Shown here piece by piece: positions 12,240-24,845 of a stretch of 64,000 nt of DNA (position 1 is its first letter; every line of letters starts with the position of its first letter). Made by a program: the position numbers and the translations under genes. The notes under the pieces were generated by a model. That model was not told where the DNA came from. It did not search any database and worked only from the letters and a program-made list of their open reading frames with translations. Origin of the DNA: Lama guanicoe (Eukaryota); assembly GCA_013239625.1 (NCBI GenBank), contig MU056050.1, positions 5,341,366-5,405,365 of the forward strand. The letters run 5' to 3'.

Positions 12240-15200
12240 GGGTTAAGCTTGTTACCCAATAAGAGTTTCAAGGCCACAGTGCAAGTAGGGAAAACACAAA
12301 AAGTCGCAGCACTCTTACTGAATTAAAATGACATGGTTGTGAGTTTAGGGAGGCCAAGGTAACTATAAATTTTTGTTGGAGTACTAGAGAAAAGAAAGCT
12401 AATAATAAAACCTTGGGAGAGCCACAGAAGGCTCCTCTCAGATCTTCAGCTGAGTACTAGTAAGTACCTGTATATAATTAGACTACTCTAGGCTGGGGGG
12501 AAACACTGAAAAGGAGCAGGCAGTAAAATTACTAGAATTCTATTAGGGGAGGAAGTATGTGTTCTAAACTACAGTGGGAAGTTGCCTTAATTGACAAGGC
12601 ATTAGACAGAATTCTCAGAAGCGTATTGCATAACGAATGGGATCAAATGAAGCTTGGACTAAGTACTTTCCTGGGACTTAACAAAGAGTTCCTAAAATGA
12701 AGCCCCAAAGCATAAATGTAATAAGCAAGTTAACTGCATGCCAGAGAGGGGGAAGAAGGGAGATAACCACCATACTAATGGGGCTTCAATAGAATTCAGC
12801 ACTCAACAATGTACAAAAAATAATCATATTTAACTTCTAGGAAGAACAAAAAAACAATATTGAAAAGAAAAATTACCTAAATGAGTTTAACAACAGATGA
12901 GAAATTGCATAGATGAAGACTTGTGAACTTGAAGACAAAGCAATTAAAACTCTTCTAAATGAAACAGAGAGGAAAAAAGAAAAGACTGAAATAACTAAAG
13001 ACAGCATCAGTAGGCCAATTTCATGAAGCATCATATATTTGTAGTAGGAGTCTTCCAAAAAATAAATCATTAGGGGAAGACAAAAGAAATATTTTTAAAA
13101 TGAGTGAAAAAATTTTTAAAAATTGATAAAAATTAAAACCAATGTTATCAAGAACTCAAAAAAAAAAATGCAGGTCTGATAAAGAAAGCTACACCAAAAC
13201 AAAAAATAGTCAAACTGCTGAAGAAGACTAATAAACAGAAAATCTCAAAAGCAAACAGAAGAAAAAGTAGTATCACATACAGAAGAATAAACACAAGAAT
13301 GGCAATTAACTTCTTCTAAGAATAAAGTGCAATCCAGTAAATACTAGTGTGATCAAATTACTGAAACTAAAAAAAAAAAAATTATTAACATAAAATTTCA
13401 TACCTATGAAAACATATTTCAAACAGGAAAGCTAAATTATATTTTAGATCTACCGAGGTTGAGAGAATTAGTGGCCAGAAGAACCATAGTAAAATAAATT
13501 TTAAAGTAATTTTCTCAGAGAGAAGAAAAACAATACTAGATGGAAATCTGGATCAATACAAGGAAATAAAAGGCATTGAAAAAGCTAAGTATGTGAAGAA
13601 ATATAAAAATTTTGTTCTTATCTTTAAAGTATCTCTGAAAAATAGTAGACTGTCAAAAGCAAAACTACTGTCTTTTAGAGTTTTATATATACAATCATAT
13701 ACAGTAAAAAAACTATAAAATTGGGAAGAGGAAATAGAAGTTTCTTGTGGAAAAATTCTTATAGCATAGATAAAGTGATATAATATTATTTTGAGATAAA
13801 CTGTCATAAGTTAAATGAGTATTTTTAAACTCTAGAAAAAAAACTTAAAAAGGAAGTAGTTACATATAGTAAGTCAATAATAGATTAAAATAGCATGACA
13901 AAAGTTTTTAATTCATTCAAAAGAAGGCAGTATAAAAGAACAGATGGCACAAATCAAGAATGTTTAGCAAGATGATCAGTTCAAACCTGTTAACACTGAT
14001 AATTTTATTAAAATATATCCAGTTAAAATGTAGGGATTGTCAGATTGGATATAAAAGTGAGACCAAATTGTATGCTACTTATTATAAAGAAATTCTAAAT
14101 AAGATGACACAGATAGGTAAAACAGAAAAAGACAGATCATGCTAGTACTACTCAAAAGAATATTTGAGCAGCTATATTAAAATCAAGTGACATAGATAAC
14201 AGAGCAAATAATTTTACAAGGGATAAAGAAAGTCATTCCATAATGATAAATAAGTCAAATCATTGACAGTACATGTTAAATATCTATACATAAAAAATTA
14301 TCTCAAAAAACCCCCACAGTGTTTCAGTGTTCATAATGCAAACAAAAATAGAACTGAAAAAAAGGACACGTCTACAGAAATAGTTGGAGATGGCAATATC
14401 CCTCTCTCACTGACAAAAAAAAAAAAATACAGAAATTTAGTAAGTATATTAGTTACAGTTGACAAATACTACCAAATAAGTTGATCTTTATGACTTCTAT
14501 AGAATTTTCACCAAAAGAGCAGAATAAACATTCTTTTCATTTTCAAATGCAACATTTTCCAAAATATACTATAATTGAGATCATAAGACCTGTAAAGATT
14601 GAAATCATGTGACATACATTCTCTATCCACAAGGAAATTAACTAGAAATGAAAAACAGTTTGTTCTGAAAAAATCTCCATATACTTGTAATTTAAACACA
14701 CTCCCAAGTAGTGCATGGGTCAAAGAAGAAATACAGAGAAATTAGAAATATTTTGAACTGAATAAAATATAATCCATAATCAAAAATTTTGTGGGATGTA
14801 ACCAACAAATCTGTAGAGGAAATTTTGCATCATCAAACATATTTATAAACAAAAGTAATATCAAAAATGAATGATCTAAGCTTCCATATTAAAAAAATAG
14901 CAAATGAAAAACTTGAAATCTAGAGTTAGGAAATGGAAAGAAAAAATAACAAGAAAAGCAGAAAACAATGACATTGGAAACATAAAAGGACGAAGTACAA
15001 TCAATGAAAGCAATAGCATATTCTTTGAGAAGACCAATAAAATTTATGAAGCTCTTATCCAAGATAGTCTGGGAAAAAATAATCCAAGGGAAAGAAAGGA
15101 GGAAAGACGTATTGCCAGTATCAGAAAAGAAAATGTGGTCATCAATATAGATATTACAGACCTTAAAAAATAAAGCAATGTTATGTTATATCAATTAATT

Positions 15201-16845
15201 TGCCAGTATAGAGGAAATAGAGAATCCCCCCCTAAGATAAAAAAGCCCAATGCTTATAAAGAAGAAATAGATAAATTAAATAGCCATATATATTTAAATT
15301 TTTGAATTGGCTGTAAAAACCTTCTCAAAACAGAAACTCCAGGTCCAAATGACTTATATTAAACATTTAACATGACTTGTATTAAACATTTAAGAGAAAA
15401 TTAATATATCTTTTACATAAACTAAATGAGAATACAGAAGAAGTAACACTTCCTAACTCATTCTGTAAGGCCATGATGATCATAATAACAAAAAAGAGAA
15501 AAAATTCATTAAAGGAAATTGAAGGCCAGCCATGGACATGGACGTAAATTCTTAACAAGACACTTGCAATTTGAATCATAACCAAGTTGAATTTATCCCC
15601 AGAATGCAGGTTTGGTTTAAGTGTGAAGGTTCAATTAAAGTGAATCAATACATAAACATAGTAAAAACATACTATGATATTTCTAATGATGCACAAAAGT
15701 ATTAAAAGTATTAATATTTATTCAAAGAAAGAACTCTTAGTAATCTAGAAATAGAAGCAAATTTGTTAATAACTGATGAAGGGCATCTATGAATCTCCTT
15801 TATTAAGGAAATCTTATTAACTTTGTATCATAATTAATGGTGAAACACTGAATACATCTAACTAAGATAAGGAGCAAGACACAAGTATCTGCTATCACCA
15901 CTCTTATTCAACATTGTATTGGAGTTCCTAACCATTGCAAAAAGGCAAGAAAAATAGAATGAAAGGTTAGAAAGCGGGGGTGGGGTATAGCTCAGTGGTA
16001 GAATGCTTGCTTTTCATGCTTAGCTTGTGTGAGGTCCTGGGTTCAATTCCGATTATCTCCACTTAAAATAAAAAACTATAAATAAAATAGATTAGGAAGA
16101 AATAAACTATTTTCAGATGACACAATTGTATATGAAGAAATTCATACAAAATAAAATCTACAAAACAAAAATATTAGAACCAGCAACTGAGTTTTCCAAG
16201 GGCACAAAATAGAGGTTCAATTTACAAAATCAATTTCTTCACGTGTCATCAGTGAATAACCAGATGTGAAATTTAAAAACTTAAAAATTTCATTTACATT
16301 AATATCAAAATCTATGAAATACTTCACAGTATATTTTAAAAATTTTTGTATGATGAACACTGGAAAATACAAAGCATTGCTGAGAGGAGTCAAAGAAGGC
16401 CTACATATTTGGAGAGACAATAAAGGTTGCTATAACAATTGCATATTCATGGCAAAAAAAAACCCCTCAAACTCTACCTCACAAATAAAACTTAAGTTTT
16501 TCATAATAAAACAGTAAGAAAAACTTAGAGACACTGGGGTTAGAAAAGGTTTTGAAAATAGGACACAAACAAAATGATAATATAGACTTCATCAAAATTA
16601 AAACTTGGTCTTTAACAGATATTGTAAAAAATGAAAATACAAGCTATATACCATAATAAAGTACTGCTAATCAAAAATCTTATAAGAGCTTATAAGTGGA
16701 ATACACAGCTGCAAAATACCAAAAAAAGGGTAAAATATCTGAATAAATATTTCTCTAAAGATTGACAAATAGCCAATAAGTAAACAAAGTGATGCTCAAT
16801 GTCATTAATTATTAAGGAAATGCATATTAAAGCCACAATGAAGTG
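12240..16845 (+). mobile_element. Long degenerate LINE-1 (5' region, ORF1, ORF2; L1M4/L1MC-like)
   Basis: Collinear ORF1 then EN/RT remnants (CRDCQIG; EIVGDGNIPLS; FFEKTNKIY; ttttcagatgacacaattg). Confidence 0.8.
15976..16086 (+). mobile_element. Vic-1-type camelid SINE inserted in L1
   Basis: GGGGGTGGGGTATAGCTCAGTGGTAGA (A box)...GTCCTGGGTTCAATTCC (B box), A-rich tail, degenerate TSD aaaggttagaaag / atagattaggaag. Confidence 0.82.
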
Positions 16846-17470
16846 ACACAAGTAAAAATGACAAAGTAGGGAACTCCAAGGGCCTGTCCTGCCACAAAGC
16901 TACCTAAAATACAAACAAAAACTATCAGAAACAACTTTGTCAGCACTTGAGAATACAGTCGAAAGCTTACAGCAACCATGCAAATGGTGAATCAAGAAAC
17001 AGGTAACTTAACCATTGTAGGAGAACTCTGTTTAAATTTCTTTTCTGTTTTATGTATAGCAGTGGGTATGTGCTCATCTCAAACTCCTAATTTATCCTCC
17101 CCTGATTTTTTTCCCTTTCTGTAACCATAAGTTTGTTTTCTATGTCTGTGAGTCTATTCTGCTTTGTAAATAAGTTCGTTTGTTGTATTTTGAATTAGCC
17201 TCGCCCTACCCTCCTCCCCGGCAAGGCACTGGTCTTCAGGTCGTCAGCCCAAGTTCCCAGTGTGTGTACATGGTGTCAGAGGGAGCAGAACAGGGCCTCA
17301 TTCTCAAGGAATTGTGCTGTCTGTTTTGAGCTTAGGGATTCCCTGAAGTACTGATGTAAGATGCTGGCCTTTGTTTTGCCTAACTCAGAACTGTCTTAGG
17401 TTAGAAAAGCAGCTAAGTAGACAGTGTTCTTTAAAAACATTATAAAGGCAAAAGAACAATCTGATGTCAT
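16845..17470 (+). mobile_element. Old L1 5' region interrupted by a minus-strand L1 3'UTR fragment (about 17030-17185)
   Basis: aaaactatcagaaacaactttgtcagcact; insert gtaaccataagtttgttttctatgtctgtgagtct. Confidence 0.55.
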
Positions 17471-17552
17471 GGTACTTGTTTAAGTCCTTGATATACTTCT
17501 TTAAGAAAATGTTTTCCACCTTGTTTTTATAAGGCTAGTGCCATATATTCTT

Positions 17553-17679
17553 TTGTGTCTTTGCAGGGGGGTAATTAGGCTTACTTATGTATTTATTTTT
17601 AGAGGTAAGGGGGATTGAAGCCAGGACCTCGTGTATGCTAAGCATGTGCTCTACCACTTGAACTATACTCACCTCTCCC
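17553..17679 (-). mobile_element. Vic-1-type camelid SINE
   Basis: gggggtaattaggc...ggattgaagccaggacctcgtgtatgctaagcatgtgctctaccact; TSD tatattctt (17544-17552, 17681-17689). Confidence 0.82.
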
Positions 17680-17937
17680 TTATATTCTTAAGTTATTAAA
17701 GTCTGGTTTTTCATGTTTATTGCCGATGTAAAGTGTAGTTTTCTTTAATTTGTTAGGTATAGATCCAATTTTTCCCACATAGGTAAGCATTTATCTCTAT
17801 ACCACTTATTGAAATGTTAATTATTTCTTCATGGATTTTTAATGCTATACTTTCAAATATCAAGTGTATTTTTTCCAGAATCTCTATCCTATTCTTAGTC
17901 TACTTGTCTACTTTCATTTCAATAACTGTATTTTTTT

Positions 17938-17987
17938 TTATTTTAAAGTAAGAGTACTACAGCTGTAGTACTCTTACTTTAAAATAA
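17938..17987. repeat. Perfect 50-bp spacerless palindrome
   Basis: ttattttaaagtaagagtactacag|ctgtagtactcttactttaaaataa: 25/25 pairs checked base by base. Confidence 0.95.
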
Positions 17988-18949
17988 GTCATGATTTCCA
18001 ATAAAGCATGTCTCTCCTTGCTTTCCTTTGAAAAGTCTTTCCTCTTCTCAGATATTTACTCTACAATAGTTACAAAGAAAGGAAAAAAATTGAAATTTTG
18101 AATGAAGTTATAATCAATTTATATAATACTTTGAATATTATTCACATTTTTATGTTAGTGGTTCCTCTTCTTTAAGAAACAACTTATGCAAACTCTAGAT
18201 ACTGAAATCCATGTTTTCGAAATTTGATTTAAAAGCTACAACTATTAAAATTATTGTCTATGCCCTATTTTTAACTCCTTAATACACTAAAGTGACTTAT
18301 TTGATCTAAGCTGTGTCCACCCTTGCTCTAAAGATACGTACACATAAACGCTGGCTTTCTTGTCTAAATGAGGAAGAAAGATAATGGGTATAAAAATGTG
18401 TGGAAAAAATACACTGTATTTAACATTTGCAAATATGATCAAATACACATTGTAATAGCTGTCCATTCTTTAGCTTTTTTCAATAGCCTCTGCTTCCACC
18501 CTCTTGGGAACTTTCTTGGAGAACTCTTCTTAATGATTTAGTTTTAAGGACTGATTTACTCTATTACTCTCTCTATGGTGAAAGGATTTTTTGTTGCTGC
18601 TGTTTTTTTTTTTTTTTTGCTTTAAAAATGAACCTCAAATTCATCTTTGTTCTTTTGGGATTATATGAGCTATCACTAGTATTATTCCATTGAGTTCTTT
18701 TTTTTGCCTAATCTAGATTTAGAAATTTGGCTCTGAAAGGGCAAAGAAAAGGCGATCGCTTAAGGCAAATATAGCCTAGAGGAAATTTTTAATATAGTCA
18801 AGCTCTGAACTGTTTAAATTTTCATGAAAAGTTTTAAGTCTAGAAGGCAAAGCTGATGATAAAGGAAATACTTTATACTTTAGCCAACAGAAACTTCAAT
18901 TCAAGGGAAGCAGTTGTATTATTGTGCATCTTGTGTGTGGGGGGCCAAG

Positions 18950-19757
18950 CATTAGCCTCCATAATAACTGTGGAAAATTGTATTACTGTTCATTTGACTC
19001 TACCCACTCTTTCACTGATGCTGGATTGGATCATTTGACTTGCTTTATCCAGTCAAATGTTTTTGTAAGGTTTGGCTCAGCCTCCTAGAATCCTATTTCC
19101 TTTCCCACTGTGGGAAGAAAATGCTCTGGGTAGCCAATGGTCCCAGATTGAGCAGACACATAGAATGCATATACCTGAATTCAGTCCTCTGCCTGAAATC
19201 AAACCCAATCAACCCAGCTAATCCCAGCCAAATTTAGCATACTCAGACAGTGAGAAGTCAATGGTTCCTTTCAGTACTCAGTTTTGGAGGTTGTCTATTA
19301 ACAGCATTACTATAGCAAGGGATAACTAATAACATAAGCACTGTTACAGCTTGGTAAAACTAGGTAGTTCCATACACAGACCATATAAATTTTGGGGTTT
19401 TTTTTTCCTCTTACAAACTGATATTTACTTATATAGCTAGGATAAACTACAGCTGTGACCCTAAGTGAAAGAAACCTACAATAACAGTGGCTTAAGTAAG
19501 ATAGAAATTCATTTTTTTTTCTGTCATGGCAAGCAAACATCCAGGGATATTTTAGCAACTCCATAGACATAAATGACCCACAAAGCAAGAAGGTAGCTGC
19601 ATACAAGTTAAGAGAAGAGGCCTCAGAATGAAATCTGCCTTGCCAATACCTTTATCTTGGATTCTCGAGTCTCTAAAACTGTTGAGAAAAACATTTCTGT
19701 TATTTAAGACACCCAGTCTACAGTATTTTGTTACGGTAGCCCAAGCAGACTAATACA
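18950..19757. mobile_element. Cluster of MaLR LTR fragments (old MLT1 + to about 19334; MLT1J/K-like - about 19425-19590; MLT1A/B-like + about 19585-19757)
   Basis: Termini gataactaataaca and gcagactaataca; cagtggcttaagtaagatagaaattcattt. Confidence 0.65.
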
Positions 19758-19837
19758 CCTTGACCATTTATTTTTATTTTCTCTTCCAATGGCTATTTAT
19801 TTCTTTTGTTTGTCTTTCCAAGTGTTTTACTTAGGAA

Positions 19838-20239
19838 CCTCCAGAGAATAAGAATCAACAGGCTGAGAAGTCTCAAGATGCTCAGTTGTCAAGATGAATA
19901 CCCTGAAAAGAGCCAATAGTGTAAATTTCACTCCGAAATCCAGCAGGCTTGAGGTCCAAGAAAAGCCTCATTTTCAGTTTGATTCCAAAGGCAGAAAAAG
20001 ATTAATGTTACAGCTCAGTCAGAGAGGAGGACTTACTTTTAAGCTGTCTTTTTCTATTCAAATCTTTAAATGAGTGAATGAGACCCACCCACATTAAGGA
20101 GGGCCATCTGCTTAACTCAGTCTTTTGATTCAAATGTTAATCTCATCCAGAAACACCCTCACAGGCATGTTCAAAATAATGTTTGACCAAATGTCTGGGC
20201 ATCTTGTGGCCTAGTCAACACATAAAATTAACCATCACA
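19838..20239 (-). mobile_element. MLT2 (ERVL) LTR
   Basis: gattcaaatgttaatctcatccagaaacaccctcacag...aaattaaccatcaca. Confidence 0.8.
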
Positions 20240-20928
20240 CCAAGTTATTGCTTCAACTTCATCTTCTATACTTTGTATTTATTTCTTCTCCAATCATATT
20301 TTTTTTCTCTGAATGTCCTTTATAGAGATAAAGCCATGCCATCCTTTCTTTGATGCAGTGTATTCTCTTAACTCTGTCAGAATATTTATCATTTATTTTT
20401 TATCTTCTTTCTGCGTTATTTCGTTTTCCATTGTGGTCTTCTGTTATGATTTTTAAGTTGATTTTTATTATGTTATACATTGTTAACAAATGATTGATAA
20501 TCCATGCTTCCTATTAAAATTTTTGACAGAGGTACTAAGAAACTGAAAGAAAGTTCTATGTGACTGGGTGGTAGTTTCAAAGGATAAAATCCACTCAATG
20601 TATGGTAATGTTTTATTAGATAATCCGAATCTGCCAGAAACTGTAAGCCATCTTTTCCCTTATGCAACACATTTGCATTCTATGTTATAAAATATAAACA
20701 CCATTCTGAAGGTTATTGGAGTTGATTGTAGGATCTAGGGGCTCCTGTTTCATATTCAGCTATTTCGCTAGTTTTTGCATGGCAGCTCTTACCTCTGGCT
20801 GGGCCTGATGTTTCTTTTTCCTTCATTTCCCTTCCTCCCTTCATTCCTTCCTCCTTCCTCTTTCTTCTTATTTTTCTCCTTCTTTTTAGTTATAATTTTT
20901 TTCTTGTGGTGAAAAATTTTAAGATCTT

Positions 20929-21715
20929 TGAGAAGTGTGCCAAGAATACACAATGGTGGAAAGGATAGTCTGTCTAACAGTGTTGAGGAAGTTGGATATC
21001 CACATGCAAAATAATGGAATTGTACCCTTATCTTTTACCATATGAAAAGAAATCCAAAATGGATTAAAGATTTTAATGTAAGATCTGAAACTCCTAGAAG
21101 TAAACATAGGTGAAAAGCTCCTTGACTTTTGTCTCAGCAATGATTTCTTGACTATGACACCAAAAGCACAGACAATAAAACCAAACATAGGTAAGTGGGA
21201 GTACATCAAACTTAAGCTTCTATAAAGCAAAGGGAATAATCAACAGAGTGAAAAGGAAACCTAGGGAATGGGAGAAAATATTTATAAACCATATGTAGGA
21301 CAAGAAGTTAATTTCAAAAATATATCAGGAACTCCTATAAGTCCACAGCAAAAAACCAAACAACCCAATTTAAAAATAAGCAAAGAATTTAAATAGATAT
21401 TTCTCCCAAGGAGACACAGACACGGCCAACAGGTATATAAGAAGATGCTCAACATGGTTAACCATAAGGGAAATGCAAATAGAAACTACAATGAGATATC
21501 TTCTCAAATTTGTTAGAGTGGTTACTGTTTAAAAAAAAAAGTGTTGTTGACGTTGTGGAGAAATTGGAACCCTTATGCATGAATGGTGGAGATGTAAAAT
21601 GGTGCAGCTGCCATGGAAAACAGCATGAGGGTTCCACAAAAATTAAAAAGACAATTACCAGATAATCCAGAAATCCCACTTCTGGGTATATATCCAAAAT
21701 AACTGAAATCAAGAG
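20929..21715 (+). mobile_element. LINE-1 ORF2 3' part (L1MA-like)
   Basis: tggatatccacatgcaaa...aatcccacttctgggtatatatccaaa; preceded by a short minus-strand L1 terminus (about 20895-20928). Confidence 0.85.
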
Positions 21716-21719
21716 AGAG

Positions 21720-21935
21720 CCTCTTAGAGTTTGTTTTTGAATCCTGTCCCCACACATGACTAGCTGTGTAATATCAGGCAAGTAACTTAGCCTCTCTGCC
21801 TTAGTAAAATGACAATACTAACAGTACATACATAGAAGTGTTGTAATTTATGGGATTAAATTATTTAATGTTTTTAAAACATTTAGACCAGCAATAGAAC
21901 ATGGTAAGTACAACATAGTTGTTTGCTAACTGAAA
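21720..21935 (+). mobile_element. MIR SINE
   Basis: tttgaatcctg...actagctgtgtaatatcaggcaagtaacttagcctctctg. Confidence 0.7.
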
Positions 21936-23900
21936 TTAAGTTGGTAACTGAGATAAAAAATGTTTCTTTTAAAGTCAGATATCAGGTTTCACAGAATGAC
22001 AAAGTATTAACAGCTTAAATCAATTCAAGGAGTGGGTTTTCTATGTTTTTAATAAAAAATCTAAAATTTAATATTTAAATTATTTTCATATTAAGTTAAA
22101 GTTTATCTAATTGATATGTCTGATAGAAATATATACCTTAAATATTGGTGGCTATAAATTAGAATGAATTAGAATGAGCACAAAGCACTCATCATGAATT
22201 TCAGGGAAAGAAACCTGTAATAATAATTGCATTGAATCAAAAGGGCAATTACTATACACAATTTAACCATGAAAACCTAAAACAGCAGTCACAGAAATGA
22301 CAGGTTTGTCACATTTTGCACTTGATTATTTCCACTTCTATTTGTAGAAATGAAATAAATTTTATAAAATCAAAGAACAAATCCATTAATTAATAAGGCA
22401 TACTATCATTAGGTAAATGTGAGACTTAAAGATGAAGTGTTCTGTTTCTTTAAAAACAAAAATAATTATTGATTTTATCTTATACTAAAAGTAATATGAG
22501 CTTTTGGTTTTAAAAAAACAGATAATTCAGGAAAATATAAAACACCGTAAAATCAACATTCATCTCACAACACAGTGCTAGCCACTAAAGACATCTTCAT
22601 ATATATATATATATTCATCCCTAGATTCACCTTCATAAATAAGTATTTTGTTTTACTTTTCAAAAATGAATCTTGTATTATGTGGCCTCTTTTCCAATAT
22701 TACATTTCAGGTATTTTCTCTATCAATGCATATAGCTTTATAGTATAGTTTTAGTGACTCTGATGTATTACCTATACACATAATTATATAATGATGGGTA
22801 TTTATTCTTTTATTTCTAATCTTCTTGTATTATGAAATTTTAAGACAGGCCATATGGCCATTTTTGGTCAACCTGTATTATTATTTTCTAAGAAATATTC
22901 ACAGAACTGAAATTGCTGGTAAAGTGTCGACACACATTTTTTAAAGCTTTGATGCATAGAGAAAAATTTGCTTCCCAGAAAAATAATTTGCAGTCTCATA
23001 ATTAATGTTTGTATTCATTTTCTTGCAATTTTCCATTAAAATATCAACCATTTGTCATCTCTATGAACCTGATTGGGAAAGTATATCATACCATTGCTTT
23101 AATTTTTATCTCTTTAATAAAGTTAAGTATTTATAATGTCTATTGGTATTAATTATTTTATTTTGAATTACTTTTTAAGCAATTTGTCTACATTTTCTAA
23201 TAAACTCTTTAAATTTTAATGGTACTTTATTGATTTTGTAATATAGATTTAGTCATTAAAAATCCCAGTGACAGAAATAGAAGATAAAAGTATAATAAAA
23301 GATATCAATCTTACCACCTAGAAATAGTTACTCCTATCATTAACTGAGCATCAATTACAATATAGTTCTTCATACATACAGATGAGTGACTAACCAGTAA
23401 TTAGTTAGAAGTAATGAGGAATTGTTCCACACTTGCTGTATTTAAACAGAAGTATTCCATTCAGTTTATTTGAGTTAACCTAACACACAGAAGTGCTGCA
23501 GTAGTAAATCTGAAGGTATTATGGAACTTGAAATAAAAGTTCAATTACAAGGAGACATTAATTTCCAAAGAATTCATCTGAAACATTAAAAAGATGAAAA
23601 TTTTTCAAAATCTAGTTTCTTTTTGCTCATGTATAGAAATAGAATCATTTTTACATTGATCTCTATCCAGCAACCTGTCTAAATCCTCTAATTATAAATT
23701 TGCTTATAGTTTCTTTTGAGCTATATATAAAAAAGAACATATAATCAGATTTAAATCTATCCATTAATCCTTAGACCATGTATTTATATACTTGTCTTAT
23801 CTTACTGCACTCTCTAGTACAAAACTTCCAATGTTGAACTGTAGTACTGATGGCAGACCATCTTTTCTCCAGATTTTAAAGGAGTAGGTTTTTCCAATTC

Positions 23901-24317
23901 TGTGGCGGAGGCAACACTATATATTCATCAAGTCACATTTATTCTCTCTTTTTCTGTACGTGCAGAAAACTATATTCCCAAGCCTCTTTTGCAGTTACTT
24001 TGAGGATATGTTATTGGATTCTGGCCAAGGGATATGGGCAATTGAAGTAAAACTCTCCAAGACATGTCCTTAAATAAATCTCTTGGGACCCGTCTGCTCT
24101 CCCTTTCCATGTGAGCTACAATCCATAAATTTCATATGTCAAAGCTGCAAGATGGAAGCAGCTTGGATCTCTGAGTCACCACTTTGAGGGCTACTGTCCT
24201 GGAGAGCTGCCAGACCTGAATTAGAATTTGTCTAAATGAAAAATAATGTTTTAAACGAATATAATTTTGGTAATCATCTGTTGCTGAAATAAATCCTTCC
24301 CTTCTTTAACTAGAGTA
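23901..24317 (+). mobile_element. MLT1J-like LTR within an old minus-strand L1
   Basis: TG start, cccaagcctcttttgcagtt, aagatggaagcagcttggatctctgagtcaccact; 5-bp TSD aattc/gattc. Confidence 0.75.
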
Positions 24318-24845
24318 GATTCCGTTATCAACAAATCAGACATGAAAAATACACCATCTATTTCTTGTTTTCTAAAAGGTTGTGTTTTTTTTGTTTCAAA
24401 TTATTAACAATGTTGAATCTTATTCAATACATTTTTCTCATCTAGTAAGTTGATCATATTTTTCATTCCATCTGTTAATGTTGTGAATTATGTTATTAGG
24501 TTTTATATTATTAATTTAGGCTTCCGCTACCAAATGAACCCAATTATGATGATGATGCCTCACCATTTTTCTCAAGTGTTAGGTCTACATTGCAAATATT
24601 TTCATTATAATTTTTGCATCCAACCTTGTATTGTCCGTGCCTGATTTTAATACAAAGGTTACACTAACCCCAATTAAATGAGTTAGATTATTTGCTGAGG
24701 TCTCCATAAGGGACTGTACAAAACATGAATTCCTTAAATAGCTGTTAGAATCTACTGGATAAACAACTGGACCTTAATGTTTTATGAAAAAATTTGAACT
24801 CAATGATTTAGTTTCCTAGATTATCAAAGAATATTCAGACTTTCA

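Noticed and set aside
15349..15394. 23-bp tandem duplication (atgacttRtattaaacatttaa)
   Set aside because: Ordinary two-copy local duplication inside L1; not an array.
15976..16060. tRNA-like sequence with A and B boxes
   Set aside because: Has an A-rich tail, TSD and related dispersed copies, and no clean cloverleaf: a SINE, not a tRNA gene.
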